DNA from: Flavobacteriales bacterium
GTDB taxonomy: Bacteria; Bacteroidota; Bacteroidia; Flavobacteriales_F; PHOS-HE28
Length of the DNA: 64,000 bases
Assembly (NCBI GenBank): GCA_016715995.1
Contig: JADJXF010000013.1
Span: forward strand, 69,636-133,635
Direction: 5' to 3'
The position numbers and the translations under genes are program-made. This document shows positions 18,384 through 27,370 of the stretch, piece after piece. Each line of letters starts with the position of its first letter. Within the stretch, counting starts at the first letter, position 1. Below the pieces are notes generated by a model. That model had not been told where the DNA came from, made no database searches, and saw nothing but the letters and a program-made list of their open reading frames with translations.

Positions 18384-19856
18384 ATGCCCAGGACAGCGAC
18401 CGCGCCAACGAAGCCTTCGAATACCACTGCGCTCTTCACCCCTGCCAACCTCATCAACGGCGTTTGGGTGGATGAGGGTGACGGCACCTTCAATGCCGTT
18501 ATCGATAAATACCACGGCACCGAGCTGGCCAGGATTCCGCATGCCACCGAGGCACAGATGGAAGAGGCCATCGCAGCAGCCTACGCAAGTCGTGATGCAT
18601 TGAAGAAACTGAGCGCCGGTGACCGCAGTGCGAAGCTGGAAGCGTTGGCGTCATTGATCGCGAAGCACGAAGATGAGCTCGCCCGGCTCATCGTTCAGGA
18701 AGGCGGCAAGCCCATCGGTTACGCGAAGACGGAGATCGCGCGGTGCATCACCACGGTGTGCACGGCGGCGGCGGAAGCGTTGCGTTTCGGCGGTGAAGTG
18801 GTGCCCATGGATTTCGGCGCGGGTGTAGGTCGCACAGCGATCACCAAGCGATTTCCTATTGGTGTCATCGCGGCGATCACACCCTTCAACTTCCCGCTGA
18901 ATCTGGTGCTGCACAAGGTGGCTCCTGCGATGGCGGTGGGCTGCCCCGTGGTGCTGAAGCCTGCGCCCCAAGCACCATTGAGCGCATTGGTCCTTGGCCA
19001 GCTCATCGAGGAGATAGGCTGGCCGAAGGGCGCCTTCAACGTGATCATGTGCGGTGTACCCGTAGCGGAGAAACTCGTGAAGGACGAGCGCGTGGCCATG
19101 CTCAGCTTCACCGGCAGCGACAAGGTGGGCTGGCACTTGAAGAACATTTGCGGCAAGAAGAAGGTCGCCTTGGAACTCGGTGGAAACGCGAGCGTGATCG
19201 TGGACGAGGGCATAGACCTGGCCGCCATCGCGAAGACCGTAGCCGCTGGCGCGAACCTCTATGCGGGACAGACCTGCATCAGCACGCAGCGCATCTACGC
19301 GGTGAAGGGCGTCTTCGCGCAGTTCCGCGATTTGCTGGCGAAGGAGTACTCCGCGCTGAAAGCCGGGGACCCGAGCGATGCATCGGTGACCGTCGGCCCG
19401 ATCATCGACAAGGTGCACTTCGAGCGCATCAGCACTTGGGTCGATGAAGCGGTGAAGGGCGGCGCGCACGTGCTCGCAGGTGGGGAGCCCGTGGATGCTG
19501 CGCGCAACATCTACGCGGCCACCTTGCTTACCGGCACCAAGCCCGATATGAAAGTGACCTGCGCCGAGGTATTCGGGCCGGTAGCGATTCTGGAAGAAGT
19601 CACGGATTTCGGCGGAGCAATCGACCGCGTAAATGACTCCAGCTACGGCCTACAGGCGGGGGTCTTCACCGATTCGGTGGCGAACATGAAGCGCGCGCAC
19701 GACGAGTTGGAGGTCGGCGGTATCATCATCAACAACGTGCCCGGCTTCCGGATCGACCCCATGCCCTACGGCGGGATCAAAGACAGCGGCCTGGGCAGGG
19801 AGGGCGTGAAGTACGCGATGGAGGAGATGAGCGAGCCGCGGCTCCTGGTGTTCTGA
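18384..19856 (+). CDS. NAD(P)+-dependent aldehyde dehydrogenase
   Basis: 490 aa. ALDH motifs are present: ELGGNASVIV (Glu-active-site-type) and the catalytic cysteine region YAGQTCISTQR. The sequence is ALDH-like over its full length. Confidence 0.85.
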   Translation: MPRTATAPTKPSNTTALFTPANLINGVWVDEGDGTFNAVIDKYHGTELARIPHATEAQMEEAIAAAYASRDALKKLSAGDRSAKLEALASLIAKHEDELARLIVQEGGKPIGYAKTEIARCITTVCTAAAEALRFGGEVVPMDFGAGVGRTAITKRFPIGVIAAITPFNFPLNLVLHKVAPAMAVGCPVVLKPAPQAPLSALVLGQLIEEIGWPKGAFNVIMCGVPVAEKLVKDERVAMLSFTGSDKVGWHLKNICGKKKVALELGGNASVIVDEGIDLAAIAKTVAAGANLYAGQTCISTQRIYAVKGVFAQFRDLLAKEYSALKAGDPSDASVTVGPIIDKVHFERISTWVDEAVKGGAHVLAGGEPVDAARNIYAATLLTGTKPDMKVTCAEVFGPVAILEEVTDFGGAIDRVNDSSYGLQAGVFTDSVANMKRAHDELEVGGIIINNVPGFRIDPMPYGGIKDSGLGREGVKYAMEEMSEPRLLVF

Positions 19857-19968
19857 CCTTCAAGGAATGCGCGGATCCCGGTTTGCGGCGGACGCGGCAG
19901 TTGCCTAGCTTGCCTTTTCTTACTTCCGCCCAGTCGCGCCGACGGCGCCAGCTCTAACCTGCACAGCC

Positions 19969-22900
19969 ATGCGTTTCATTACCGCCAATCGCAAGTCCAT
20001 CATCGTCCTGGCCTGCTTGGGCTTGGTTGCCGGCTTGTCTGCCTTCGAAGAGAAGGAACAGCCCGGCGGCGCAGCCAAGGCCATCGGCAGCGGTGTGCCG
20101 GTGAACAGCTTCACCAATTTCGAGTCGGGGCACGTGAGCCCGATCGCCCTGACGCCGGACGGCACTAAGTTGCTGGCGGTGAACACGGGCAACAACAGCC
20201 TGGAGGTCTTCAATGTCACAGCCGCTGGCATCCAGCACGCCGCCAGCATCCCCGTGGGCCTCGACCCGGTGACCGTGCGCGCCCGGACCAGCACCGAGGC
20301 TTGGGTGGTCTGCACAGTGAGCGATGAGATCAGCATCGTGGACCTCACGCTGAAGGCCACCGTGCGCACCCTCCTCACCGAGAACGAGCCGGCTGATGTG
20401 GTCTTTGCCGGAACGCCCCAGAAGGCCTTCGTGAGCTGCGCCGAGCAGGAGATGGTGCAGGTCTTCGACCTGGCGAACCTGAACACCGCGCCCACCCAAG
20501 TATTGCTGAAAGGGGAGCAGCCGCGTGCGCTGGCGGTGAGCACCGATGGCAGCACCGTGTATTGCGCCTTCTTCGAGAGCGGAAACCGCACCACCGCGCT
20601 CAACGGCAATGCGTTCCATTCAGCGGATCGCCCGGGCACATCTGATGGGTTCTGCTCCCCGCAGGGCGGTTGCACCTTCATCCCGAACGATGTGTCCCAT
20701 CCCTCCGGCCCATATGGAATGCTATCGGGGCCTGTGCCGAATGCTGGATCGGCCTTCAACCCGCCCATGAACCCCAACAATCCAGCACCGCCGGGCAACA
20801 ACAGTCTCGTGGTGCGAAAGAACAACGCGGGGCAGTGGATGGATGATAACGGCGGGAACTGGACCAACATCGTTTCAGGCGGCGCCGGCGTGCGCGTGAA
20901 TGGCTGGGACATGCCCGATCGCGACGTGGCCATCATCAACGCGAACACCCCCACCACCGCCAGCACCACTTACAAGCAGACCCTGGGCAACATCCTTATG
21001 GCCATGAGTGTGCGGCCGACTACGGGGGAGGTCTTCGTCGTCGGTACTGATGCCACGAACGAGAAGCGCTTCGAGCCGAATCTGCGGGGGAATTTCCTCC
21101 GGGTGAATGTTTCCAGGTTCCTGGGGGCCGGTGCTGTGACAATCACGGACCTGAACCCGCACATCAACTACGGCACGCACAGCTCTCCGCAGGCCTTGCG
21201 CAAGCAATCCATCGGCGACCCGCGTGCGATTGCCTGGAAAGCAGACGGCAGCGTGGCTTATGTCACCGGCATGGGCAGCAATAACATCATTGCTATCACC
21301 CCCGCAGGAGCAAGAGTTTCGCCGGACCCTATCGTGGTCGGTGAAGGCCCCACCGGCATCGTCATCGATGCGACGAACAACCGCGCTTACGTGCTCAACA
21401 AATTCGGCGGATCCATCAGCACGGTTGATCTGGCCTCATCCAAGGAAACGGCGCGCACTGCCTTCTTCGACCCCACGCCCTCGGTGATCAAGACTGGCAG
21501 GAAGCACCTCTACGATACCCATCTCGGCAGTGGACATGGCCATATCAGCTGTGGCAGCTGCCACGTGGATGGTCGTTGGGACCGCCTTGCCTGGGACTTG
21601 GGCAACCCCGCAGGCAGCATGGTCACGGTGAATGACCCCGCCGGCAACAAGACCTACCATCCCATGAAGGGGTTGAAGACGACCCAGTTCCTCATCGACA
21701 TTATCAACCGTGGCACAGGCAAACTGCATTGGCGTGGCGACAAAGGCAGCTTCCACGATTTCGCTGGTGCATTCGAAGACCTGCAAGGACTTAGCGCGCC
21801 GCTGGATGTGGTGGGCATGCAGGAGTTCAGCGATTTCCTCGCAGCCACCTGGTACGTGCCGAACCCCTATCGCACCATCCGTCCAGATACCAGCCTCATC
21901 GCTGCGACGGTGGAGCGCATGAACAGCCCGAATCGCGTGCGCTTCACAGGCACCACGTTCCAGACCATACCCACAGCCGGGGTGCGGCTGTTCGTGGCTG
22001 TTAACCAGAACTGCTCGCATTGCCACCAGACCGGCACCGGCCGAGGCCATTTGCCGGGCAATGGATCCACCGGCGGCACGGGCAGCCCCGCCATCGTGGA
22101 CATGACGCTGAACACGAACATGACGCCCGACCTACGCAGCACCTACCGGAAGAATGGCTTCTTCTTCAACACCACGGAATGCACCAGCGGGTTCGGAATG
22201 ATGAGCGATGGCGTGATGGAGACGCTATTCAACCAAGGTGGCACAGGCCAATACCTGGGAGACTATGAACCGGAATTGCTCAGTTGGTCAGGCGGCATCA
22301 CTCAGGCAAACAGCCCGGCGAGCTACAATTTCGATCTGGTCCATCCATCTCAAGACGCTCTGCCCGCCGTGGGTATGCGGATGACGGTCAATGGCAGCGT
22401 GGGCAGCACGGGCCGCGTGGGCACCTTGCGCAACTGGGTGAATAAATACCCGAATGATTATGCGCTGGTGGTGAAGGGCCTCTACGGAACCCCGGCGGTG
22501 CAACGCGGGTTCTATTACCTCGGCAGCGACCAGTACCAGCCCGACCAGAACGGCGCCGCCGCCGTTACGCATGCGCAGCTGATCGCCTCTGCACAAGCGG
22601 GCGGCAAGCCCCTCACCTGGACCATCGTGCACCCCACCACCAAGATTCGGCACGGCGTGGACCGCGATATGGATGGCATCTTCGATTTCCAGGACGGCGA
22701 CAGCGAGCTAGCCTTGACCATGTTCCTCGAAGGGCCGCTGCTGACCACGACCATGCGTACCGACCTGAAGACGGCCGGACTCATTCCCCCGACCGACCCT
22801 TATGGCATGGGGGCCGCCGCGAGCCAGGCGCTGCTCGACCGCACGGGGAACAACGCCCCTGTGGACTGGGTGATGGTACAACTTCGTAATGGCGCCAACC

Positions 22901-23406
22901 ATACCGTGGTGGTGGATGAGGTGGCTGCGATGGTGCTGGCCAATGGCAAGGTGGTGATGCCCAACGGCGAGGAGCCGCTCTGGTTCGCGAATGCTCCGAG
23001 AGACCAGTACAAGGTGGTCGCCTGGCATCGCAATCACTTGGGGGTCATGACCCAGGCCGCTGTTCAGTACGGAACCGGCGTGGTAAGCGTCAACTTGGGC
23101 GATCCCGGCCTGGCCACCTACGGCACTGATGCGCGCAAGGTCATCGGCAGCATCGCTGCGCTCTGGGCTGGCGATGTCAGCGGGGATGGCGTGCTTCGCT
23201 ACACCAACCAAGACAACGACCGCGATCCCATCCTGGTTCGCATCGGTGGAAATGTGCCCACCGCAACGGTCACCGGATACTATCCCGAGGATGTGAACCT
23301 CGACGGCGTGGTGCGCTACACCAACCAGAACAACGACCGTGACCCCATCCTGGTGAATGTCGGCGGCAGCGTGCCCACAGCGGTGCGACAGGAACAATTG
23401 CCTTGA
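19969..23406 (+). CDS. Very large secreted multidomain protein: YVTN-type beta-propeller, di-haem c-type cytochrome module (two CXXCH) and C-terminal dockerin-like Ca-binding repeats
   Basis: 1145 aa with signal peptide MRFITANRKSIIVLACLGLVAGLSA. The N-terminal repeats SPIALTPDGTKLLAVNTGNNSLEVFNV and ALAVSTDGSTVYCAFFESGN fit a YVTN beta-propeller. Haem-binding motifs are HISCGSCHVDGRWD and NCSHCHQTGTG. C-terminal repeats GDVSGDGVLRYTNQDNDRDPILV and DVNLDGVVRYTNQNNDRDPILV resemble dockerin or thrombospondin type-3 repeats. Confidence 0.7.
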   Translation: MRFITANRKSIIVLACLGLVAGLSAFEEKEQPGGAAKAIGSGVPVNSFTNFESGHVSPIALTPDGTKLLAVNTGNNSLEVFNVTAAGIQHAASIPVGLDPVTVRARTSTEAWVVCTVSDEISIVDLTLKATVRTLLTENEPADVVFAGTPQKAFVSCAEQEMVQVFDLANLNTAPTQVLLKGEQPRALAVSTDGSTVYCAFFESGNRTTALNGNAFHSADRPGTSDGFCSPQGGCTFIPNDVSHPSGPYGMLSGPVPNAGSAFNPPMNPNNPAPPGNNSLVVRKNNAGQWMDDNGGNWTNIVSGGAGVRVNGWDMPDRDVAIINANTPTTASTTYKQTLGNILMAMSVRPTTGEVFVVGTDATNEKRFEPNLRGNFLRVNVSRFLGAGAVTITDLNPHINYGTHSSPQALRKQSIGDPRAIAWKADGSVAYVTGMGSNNIIAITPAGARVSPDPIVVGEGPTGIVIDATNNRAYVLNKFGGSISTVDLASSKETARTAFFDPTPSVIKTGRKHLYDTHLGSGHGHISCGSCHVDGRWDRLAWDLGNPAGSMVTVNDPAGNKTYHPMKGLKTTQFLIDIINRGTGKLHWRGDKGSFHDFAGAFEDLQGLSAPLDVVGMQEFSDFLAATWYVPNPYRTIRPDTSLIAATVERMNSPNRVRFTGTTFQTIPTAGVRLFVAVNQNCSHCHQTGTGRGHLPGNGSTGGTGSPAIVDMTLNTNMTPDLRSTYRKNGFFFNTTECTSGFGMMSDGVMETLFNQGGTGQYLGDYEPELLSWSGGITQANSPASYNFDLVHPSQDALPAVGMRMTVNGSVGSTGRVGTLRNWVNKYPNDYALVVKGLYGTPAVQRGFYYLGSDQYQPDQNGAAAVTHAQLIASAQAGGKPLTWTIVHPTTKIRHGVDRDMDGIFDFQDGDSELALTMFLEGPLLTTTMRTDLKTAGLIPPTDPYGMGAAASQALLDRTGNNAPVDWVMVQLRNGANHTVVVDEVAAMVLANGKVVMPNGEEPLWFANAPRDQYKVVAWHRNHLGVMTQAAVQYGTGVVSVNLGDPGLATYGTDARKVIGSIAALWAGDVSGDGVLRYTNQDNDRDPILVRIGGNVPTATVTGYYPEDVNLDGVVRYTNQNNDRDPILVNVGGSVPTAVRQEQLP

Positions 23407-23434
23407 TCAGCAGCATTGCAGCGGAGGGCCGGAG

Positions 23435-24469
23435 CTATGCGCTCCGGCCTTCCGCATTTCCGGCCTTCTCAAGCTTCTCCACGCGCGTCACGAGCTTGTC
23501 GAGGTTGCGGAAGTGGATGTAGCTCTTGCGGTACTTCTGCACCTCGAAAGCCGGTGAGCCCATGTAGGCCTCGCCCGGCTTGGTGTCCTTGCTGATTCCG
23601 CTTTGCGCCGCGATGATGGTGCCGTCGGCGATCTTCAAGTGGCCGATGATGCCCACCTGCCCGCTGAACATGCAGTTCTTGCCGATTCTGGTGGAACCCG
23701 CCACCACGCCGCCCGCCGCATAGTAGGTGTTCTCGCCCACCTCCACGTTGTGCGCGATGTGGATGAGGTTGTCGAACTTGACTCCTTTGCGCAGGATGGT
23801 ACTGCCCAGCGTGGCGCGGTCGATGGCGCAGTTGGCGCCAATCTCCACGTCGTCTTCAATCACCACATTGCCGATCTGTGGGATCTTGGCGCCGCCATCC
23901 GGACCAGTAGCGAAGCGGAAGCCATCACTGCCGATCACTGTGCCGCTGTGCAGGATGCAATTCGCCCCAACCGTGCAGTCCGAGTAGATTGTGACGTTCG
24001 CGAACACCGTGGTGTTGTCGCCTATGGTGACATTGTCGCCGATGTAGGCCTGCGGGTAGATCCTCACGTTGTTGCCCAACTTCGAGTTGGCGCCGATGAA
24101 GGCCAGCGGTCCGATGTAGCAGTCGTCGCCGTACGTGGCCCCGGCTTCGATCACCGCCTGGGGCGATATGCCCTTCTTGTCGAGCTTGATGGTGTTGTAC
24201 ATCGCCAGTACCTTGGCGAAGGCCCCTTGCGCATCGGCTACGTGCACCAAGGTGGTCTTCACCGGACCCGTGAGCTCGAAGGCGGCCCCGATGATCACTA
24301 CTGATGCCGTCGTCTCATACACGTACTGTGTGTAGGCCGGATTGGCCAGGAAGGACAGGGAGCCCGGACCTCCTTCCTCGATTTTCGAGAGCTTGCTGAC
24401 GGTGGCATTGGGATCGCCCTCTACGGTGCCATGGAGGAGTTGTGCGATCTGCGCGGCGGTGAATTGCAT
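23435..24469 (-). CDS. lpxD: UDP-3-O-(3-hydroxyacyl)glucosamine N-acyltransferase
   Basis: The track ORF 23435..24547 is trimmed to MQFTAAQIAQLL, giving 345 aa. Left-handed beta-helix hexapeptide repeats and LpxD-like N- and C-terminal regions are present. Confidence 0.85.
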   Translation of the reverse strand: MQFTAAQIAQLLHGTVEGDPNATVSKLSKIEEGGPGSLSFLANPAYTQYVYETTASVVIIGAAFELTGPVKTTLVHVADAQGAFAKVLAMYNTIKLDKKGISPQAVIEAGATYGDDCYIGPLAFIGANSKLGNNVRIYPQAYIGDNVTIGDNTTVFANVTIYSDCTVGANCILHSGTVIGSDGFRFATGPDGGAKIPQIGNVVIEDDVEIGANCAIDRATLGSTILRKGVKFDNLIHIAHNVEVGENTYYAAGGVVAGSTRIGKNCMFSGQVGIIGHLKIADGTIIAAQSGISKDTKPGEAYMGSPAFEVQKYRKSYIHFRNLDKLVTRVEKLEKAGNAEGRSA

Positions 24470-24545
24470 GTGCGGGTAGTTGGGTCGGGCAAGGTAGCCG
24501 TGCTGAGCATGCGCTTCGTGCGCGGGGTGCCACCTTTGGCGTTCC

Positions 24546-26348
24546 ATGGAGCCGCTCGATGTCCGCGAGAAAGCGAAGCTGCTACCCCATCAGCCGGGTG
24601 TGTACCAGTTCTTCGACTTCAGCGGCCGTATCATTTATATCGGGAAGGCGAAGGACCTGCGCAACCGCGTGGGCAGCTATTTCGTCAAGCAGCGCTTCGA
24701 GACGGGCAAGACCGCCAAGCTCGTGTCCAACATCACGGACGTCAAGGTGATCGTGGTGGAGACCGAGTTCGACGCGTTGCTCCTCGAGAACTCGTTGATC
24801 AAGCAGCATCAGCCTCGCTACAACGTGATGCTGAAGGACGACAAGAGCTATCCGTGGATCCGCATCCGCAACGAGCGCTTCCCCCGCGTGGAAGGCATGC
24901 GCAACCCGGAGGACGATGGCAGCGAATACTACGGGCCCTATGCCAGCAGCCGGGTGATGCACACCGTGGTGGAGCTGGTGAACCGGATGTACAAGCTGCG
25001 CAACTGCAACTACGAGCTGAGCGAGCGCAATGTGGAGCGCGGCAAGTACAAGCGCTGCTTGGAGTATCACATGGGCAACTGCAAGGCTCCGTGCGAAGGG
25101 CTTCAGTCGGAGGAGGAGTACGACGCCCACATCAAGCAGATCCGCCAGATTGTACGGGGCCGAACGCGGGGCGTGGCCAACCTGCTGAGAGAGCAGATGG
25201 CTGTTCAAGCCGAGGCATTGGAGTTCGAGAAGGCCGAGCTCACGCGGCAGCGCATCGAGCAGCTCGAGCGCTACCAGGCGCGCAACACGATTGTGCATGC
25301 CGACATCGGCGATGTGGACGTGTTCTCCCTCGCGAGCGATGCCGGCGGCGCTTGCGTCAACTACCTGCGCGTCATCGACGGCGCCGTGGTGCATGGCATC
25401 ACTGTGGAGCTGAAGCCGAAATTGGAGGAGACCGATGCCGAGCTCTTGCAGTTGGCCATCGCCGAATTGCGCGAGCGATTCAAGAGCACGGCACCGGAAG
25501 CCATCGTGCCGCTTGATCCCGGGATCGAGGTGCCCAACCTCTCATTCACCATCCCCCAGCGCGGCGACAAGAAGGCGCTGCTGGAATTGAGCGAGCGCAA
25601 CGCGAAGTACTTCCTCCTCGACAAGCGCAAGCAGGAGAAGCTCGTGGATCCAGAGGCGGCTACCAACCGCATCCTGGAGCAGTTGAAACAGGATCTGCGC
25701 TTGACCCAGCTGCCGCGCCACATAGAGTGCTTCGACAACAGCAACACCCAAGGCACCGACCCCGTGAGCGCTTGCGTGGTGTTCAAGGACGCCAAGCCGA
25801 GCAAGAAGGACTACCGCCACTTCAACATCCGCACGGTAGAAGGACCGGACGACTTCGCCAGCATGGAGGAAGCTGTTGAGCGCCGGTACAAACGGCTGCT
25901 CAGCGAAGGCGAACCACTACCGCAGCTCGTCGTGGTCGATGGCGGTAAGGGGCAGTTGCACGCCGCAATGAACGTGTTCGATCGTTTGGGCCTGCGCGGC
26001 AAAGTGGCGCTGGTGGGCATTGCGAAGCGCTTGGAGGAACTCTATTTCCCGGAGGACCCCGTGCCGCTGCACATCGACAAGCGCAGCAGCAGCCTCAAAG
26101 TCATCCAACACATGCGAAACGAAGCGCACCGCTTCGGCATCACGCACCACCGGGGCAAGCGAAGCAAGCGCATCATCCGCACGGGGCTCGAAGGCATCGA
26201 AGGCATCGGGCCCGGTATCGCGCAGAAGCTGCTCACGCGATTCGGATCCATCCAGGGCATACGCGAGGCGCTGCCGGAGGATGTGGTGGCAACGGTGGGT
26301 GCAAAGAAGGCGGAGGTGGTGATGAGGGGGTTGGCTAGCGCGAGCTGA
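24546..26348 (+). CDS. uvrC: Excinuclease ABC subunit C
   Basis: 600 aa. The GIY-YIG motif reads GVYQFFDFSGRIIYIGKAKDLRNRVGSYF. The UvrBC-interaction and RNaseH-like/HhH C-terminal region is present. Confidence 0.95.
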   Translation: MEPLDVREKAKLLPHQPGVYQFFDFSGRIIYIGKAKDLRNRVGSYFVKQRFETGKTAKLVSNITDVKVIVVETEFDALLLENSLIKQHQPRYNVMLKDDKSYPWIRIRNERFPRVEGMRNPEDDGSEYYGPYASSRVMHTVVELVNRMYKLRNCNYELSERNVERGKYKRCLEYHMGNCKAPCEGLQSEEEYDAHIKQIRQIVRGRTRGVANLLREQMAVQAEALEFEKAELTRQRIEQLERYQARNTIVHADIGDVDVFSLASDAGGACVNYLRVIDGAVVHGITVELKPKLEETDAELLQLAIAELRERFKSTAPEAIVPLDPGIEVPNLSFTIPQRGDKKALLELSERNAKYFLLDKRKQEKLVDPEAATNRILEQLKQDLRLTQLPRHIECFDNSNTQGTDPVSACVVFKDAKPSKKDYRHFNIRTVEGPDDFASMEEAVERRYKRLLSEGEPLPQLVVVDGGKGQLHAAMNVFDRLGLRGKVALVGIAKRLEELYFPEDPVPLHIDKRSSSLKVIQHMRNEAHRFGITHHRGKRSKRIIRTGLEGIEGIGPGIAQKLLTRFGSIQGIREALPEDVVATVGAKKAEVVMRGLASAS

Positions 26349-26351
26349 AGC

Positions 26352-27350
26352 ATGGCCTTCGTTTCCGTCCTGCTTCCCTTCCGCGACTCCGCGGCAACGT
26401 TGGATGCCGCCATCGCCAGCATCGCGCAACAATCGTATTCCGATTGGAAGATGCTGCTGATCGACAATGCCAGCACCGATGAAGGCTCTTCGGTCGCCCA
26501 GCGTTGGACCGAAAGCGATCCGCGCATCACGCTGCTGCACGAACCTCGCATCGGCATCGCCCACGCGCTGAACACCGGACTGGATCATTCCCAAGGCAAG
26601 TACATCGCCCGCATGGATGCCGATGACATCAGCCATCCGGAGCGCCTCGCGAAACAGGTTGTCTATCTCGATGCAAACCCGGAGATCGGCGTGCTCGGCA
26701 CCCGCACGGCCTTCGTCAGCACGGTGGAAGAGAGCCGAGGCATGCGGGCCTTCGTGGATTGGCAGAACGGGATCATCACACCGAACGAGCATGACGTGAA
26801 GCGTTTCGTGGACGCGCCGCTGGCCCACCCCTCGGTCATGTTCCGCCGCGAGCTGGTGGAGCGCCATGGCGGCTACTCCACCGAGCCGTTGCCAGAGGAT
26901 CACGAGTTGTGGCTGCGCTGGATGGATGCCGGTGTACGTTTCGCAAAGCTGCCCGAGGAATTACTCACTTGGAACGACCATGACCAACGCCTCAGCCGAA
27001 CGCACCCGAACTACAGCGTGGACGCCTTCTTCACCACCAAGGTGAAATGGCTGGCGAAGTGGCTGAAGGGCACGCTAAGCGCTCGCCCCATGATCATCGC
27101 TGGCACGAGCGGGCTGTGCAGGGAGCGCACCGCGCAGTTGGAAGTAGAGGGGGTACCCATTCATGCCTTCACCGACGTGAAGCCGCGGGAGGTGCCGGGA
27201 TACGCCTTCATTCCGCATGACGCATTGCCATCAGCTGGAGAGACTTTCATCGTGTCGTTCATCAGTCAGCGCGGCACGGGGGATCGGATCGCTCAGTTCT
27301 TCGAGTCGCGGGGCCTGGTGGAAGGAGTGGATTTCATCCTTGCGGCTTAA
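26352..27350 (+). CDS. Family-2 glycosyltransferase
   Basis: 332 aa. The GT-A signature reads VSVLLPFRDSAATLDAAIASIAQQSY...WKMLLIDNASTD, with a DxD-type ARMDADD. Confidence 0.8.
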   Translation: MAFVSVLLPFRDSAATLDAAIASIAQQSYSDWKMLLIDNASTDEGSSVAQRWTESDPRITLLHEPRIGIAHALNTGLDHSQGKYIARMDADDISHPERLAKQVVYLDANPEIGVLGTRTAFVSTVEESRGMRAFVDWQNGIITPNEHDVKRFVDAPLAHPSVMFRRELVERHGGYSTEPLPEDHELWLRWMDAGVRFAKLPEELLTWNDHDQRLSRTHPNYSVDAFFTTKVKWLAKWLKGTLSARPMIIAGTSGLCRERTAQLEVEGVPIHAFTDVKPREVPGYAFIPHDALPSAGETFIVSFISQRGTGDRIAQFFESRGLVEGVDFILAA

Positions 27351-27370
27351 CCGTCCGCTACCTTGGCTCC

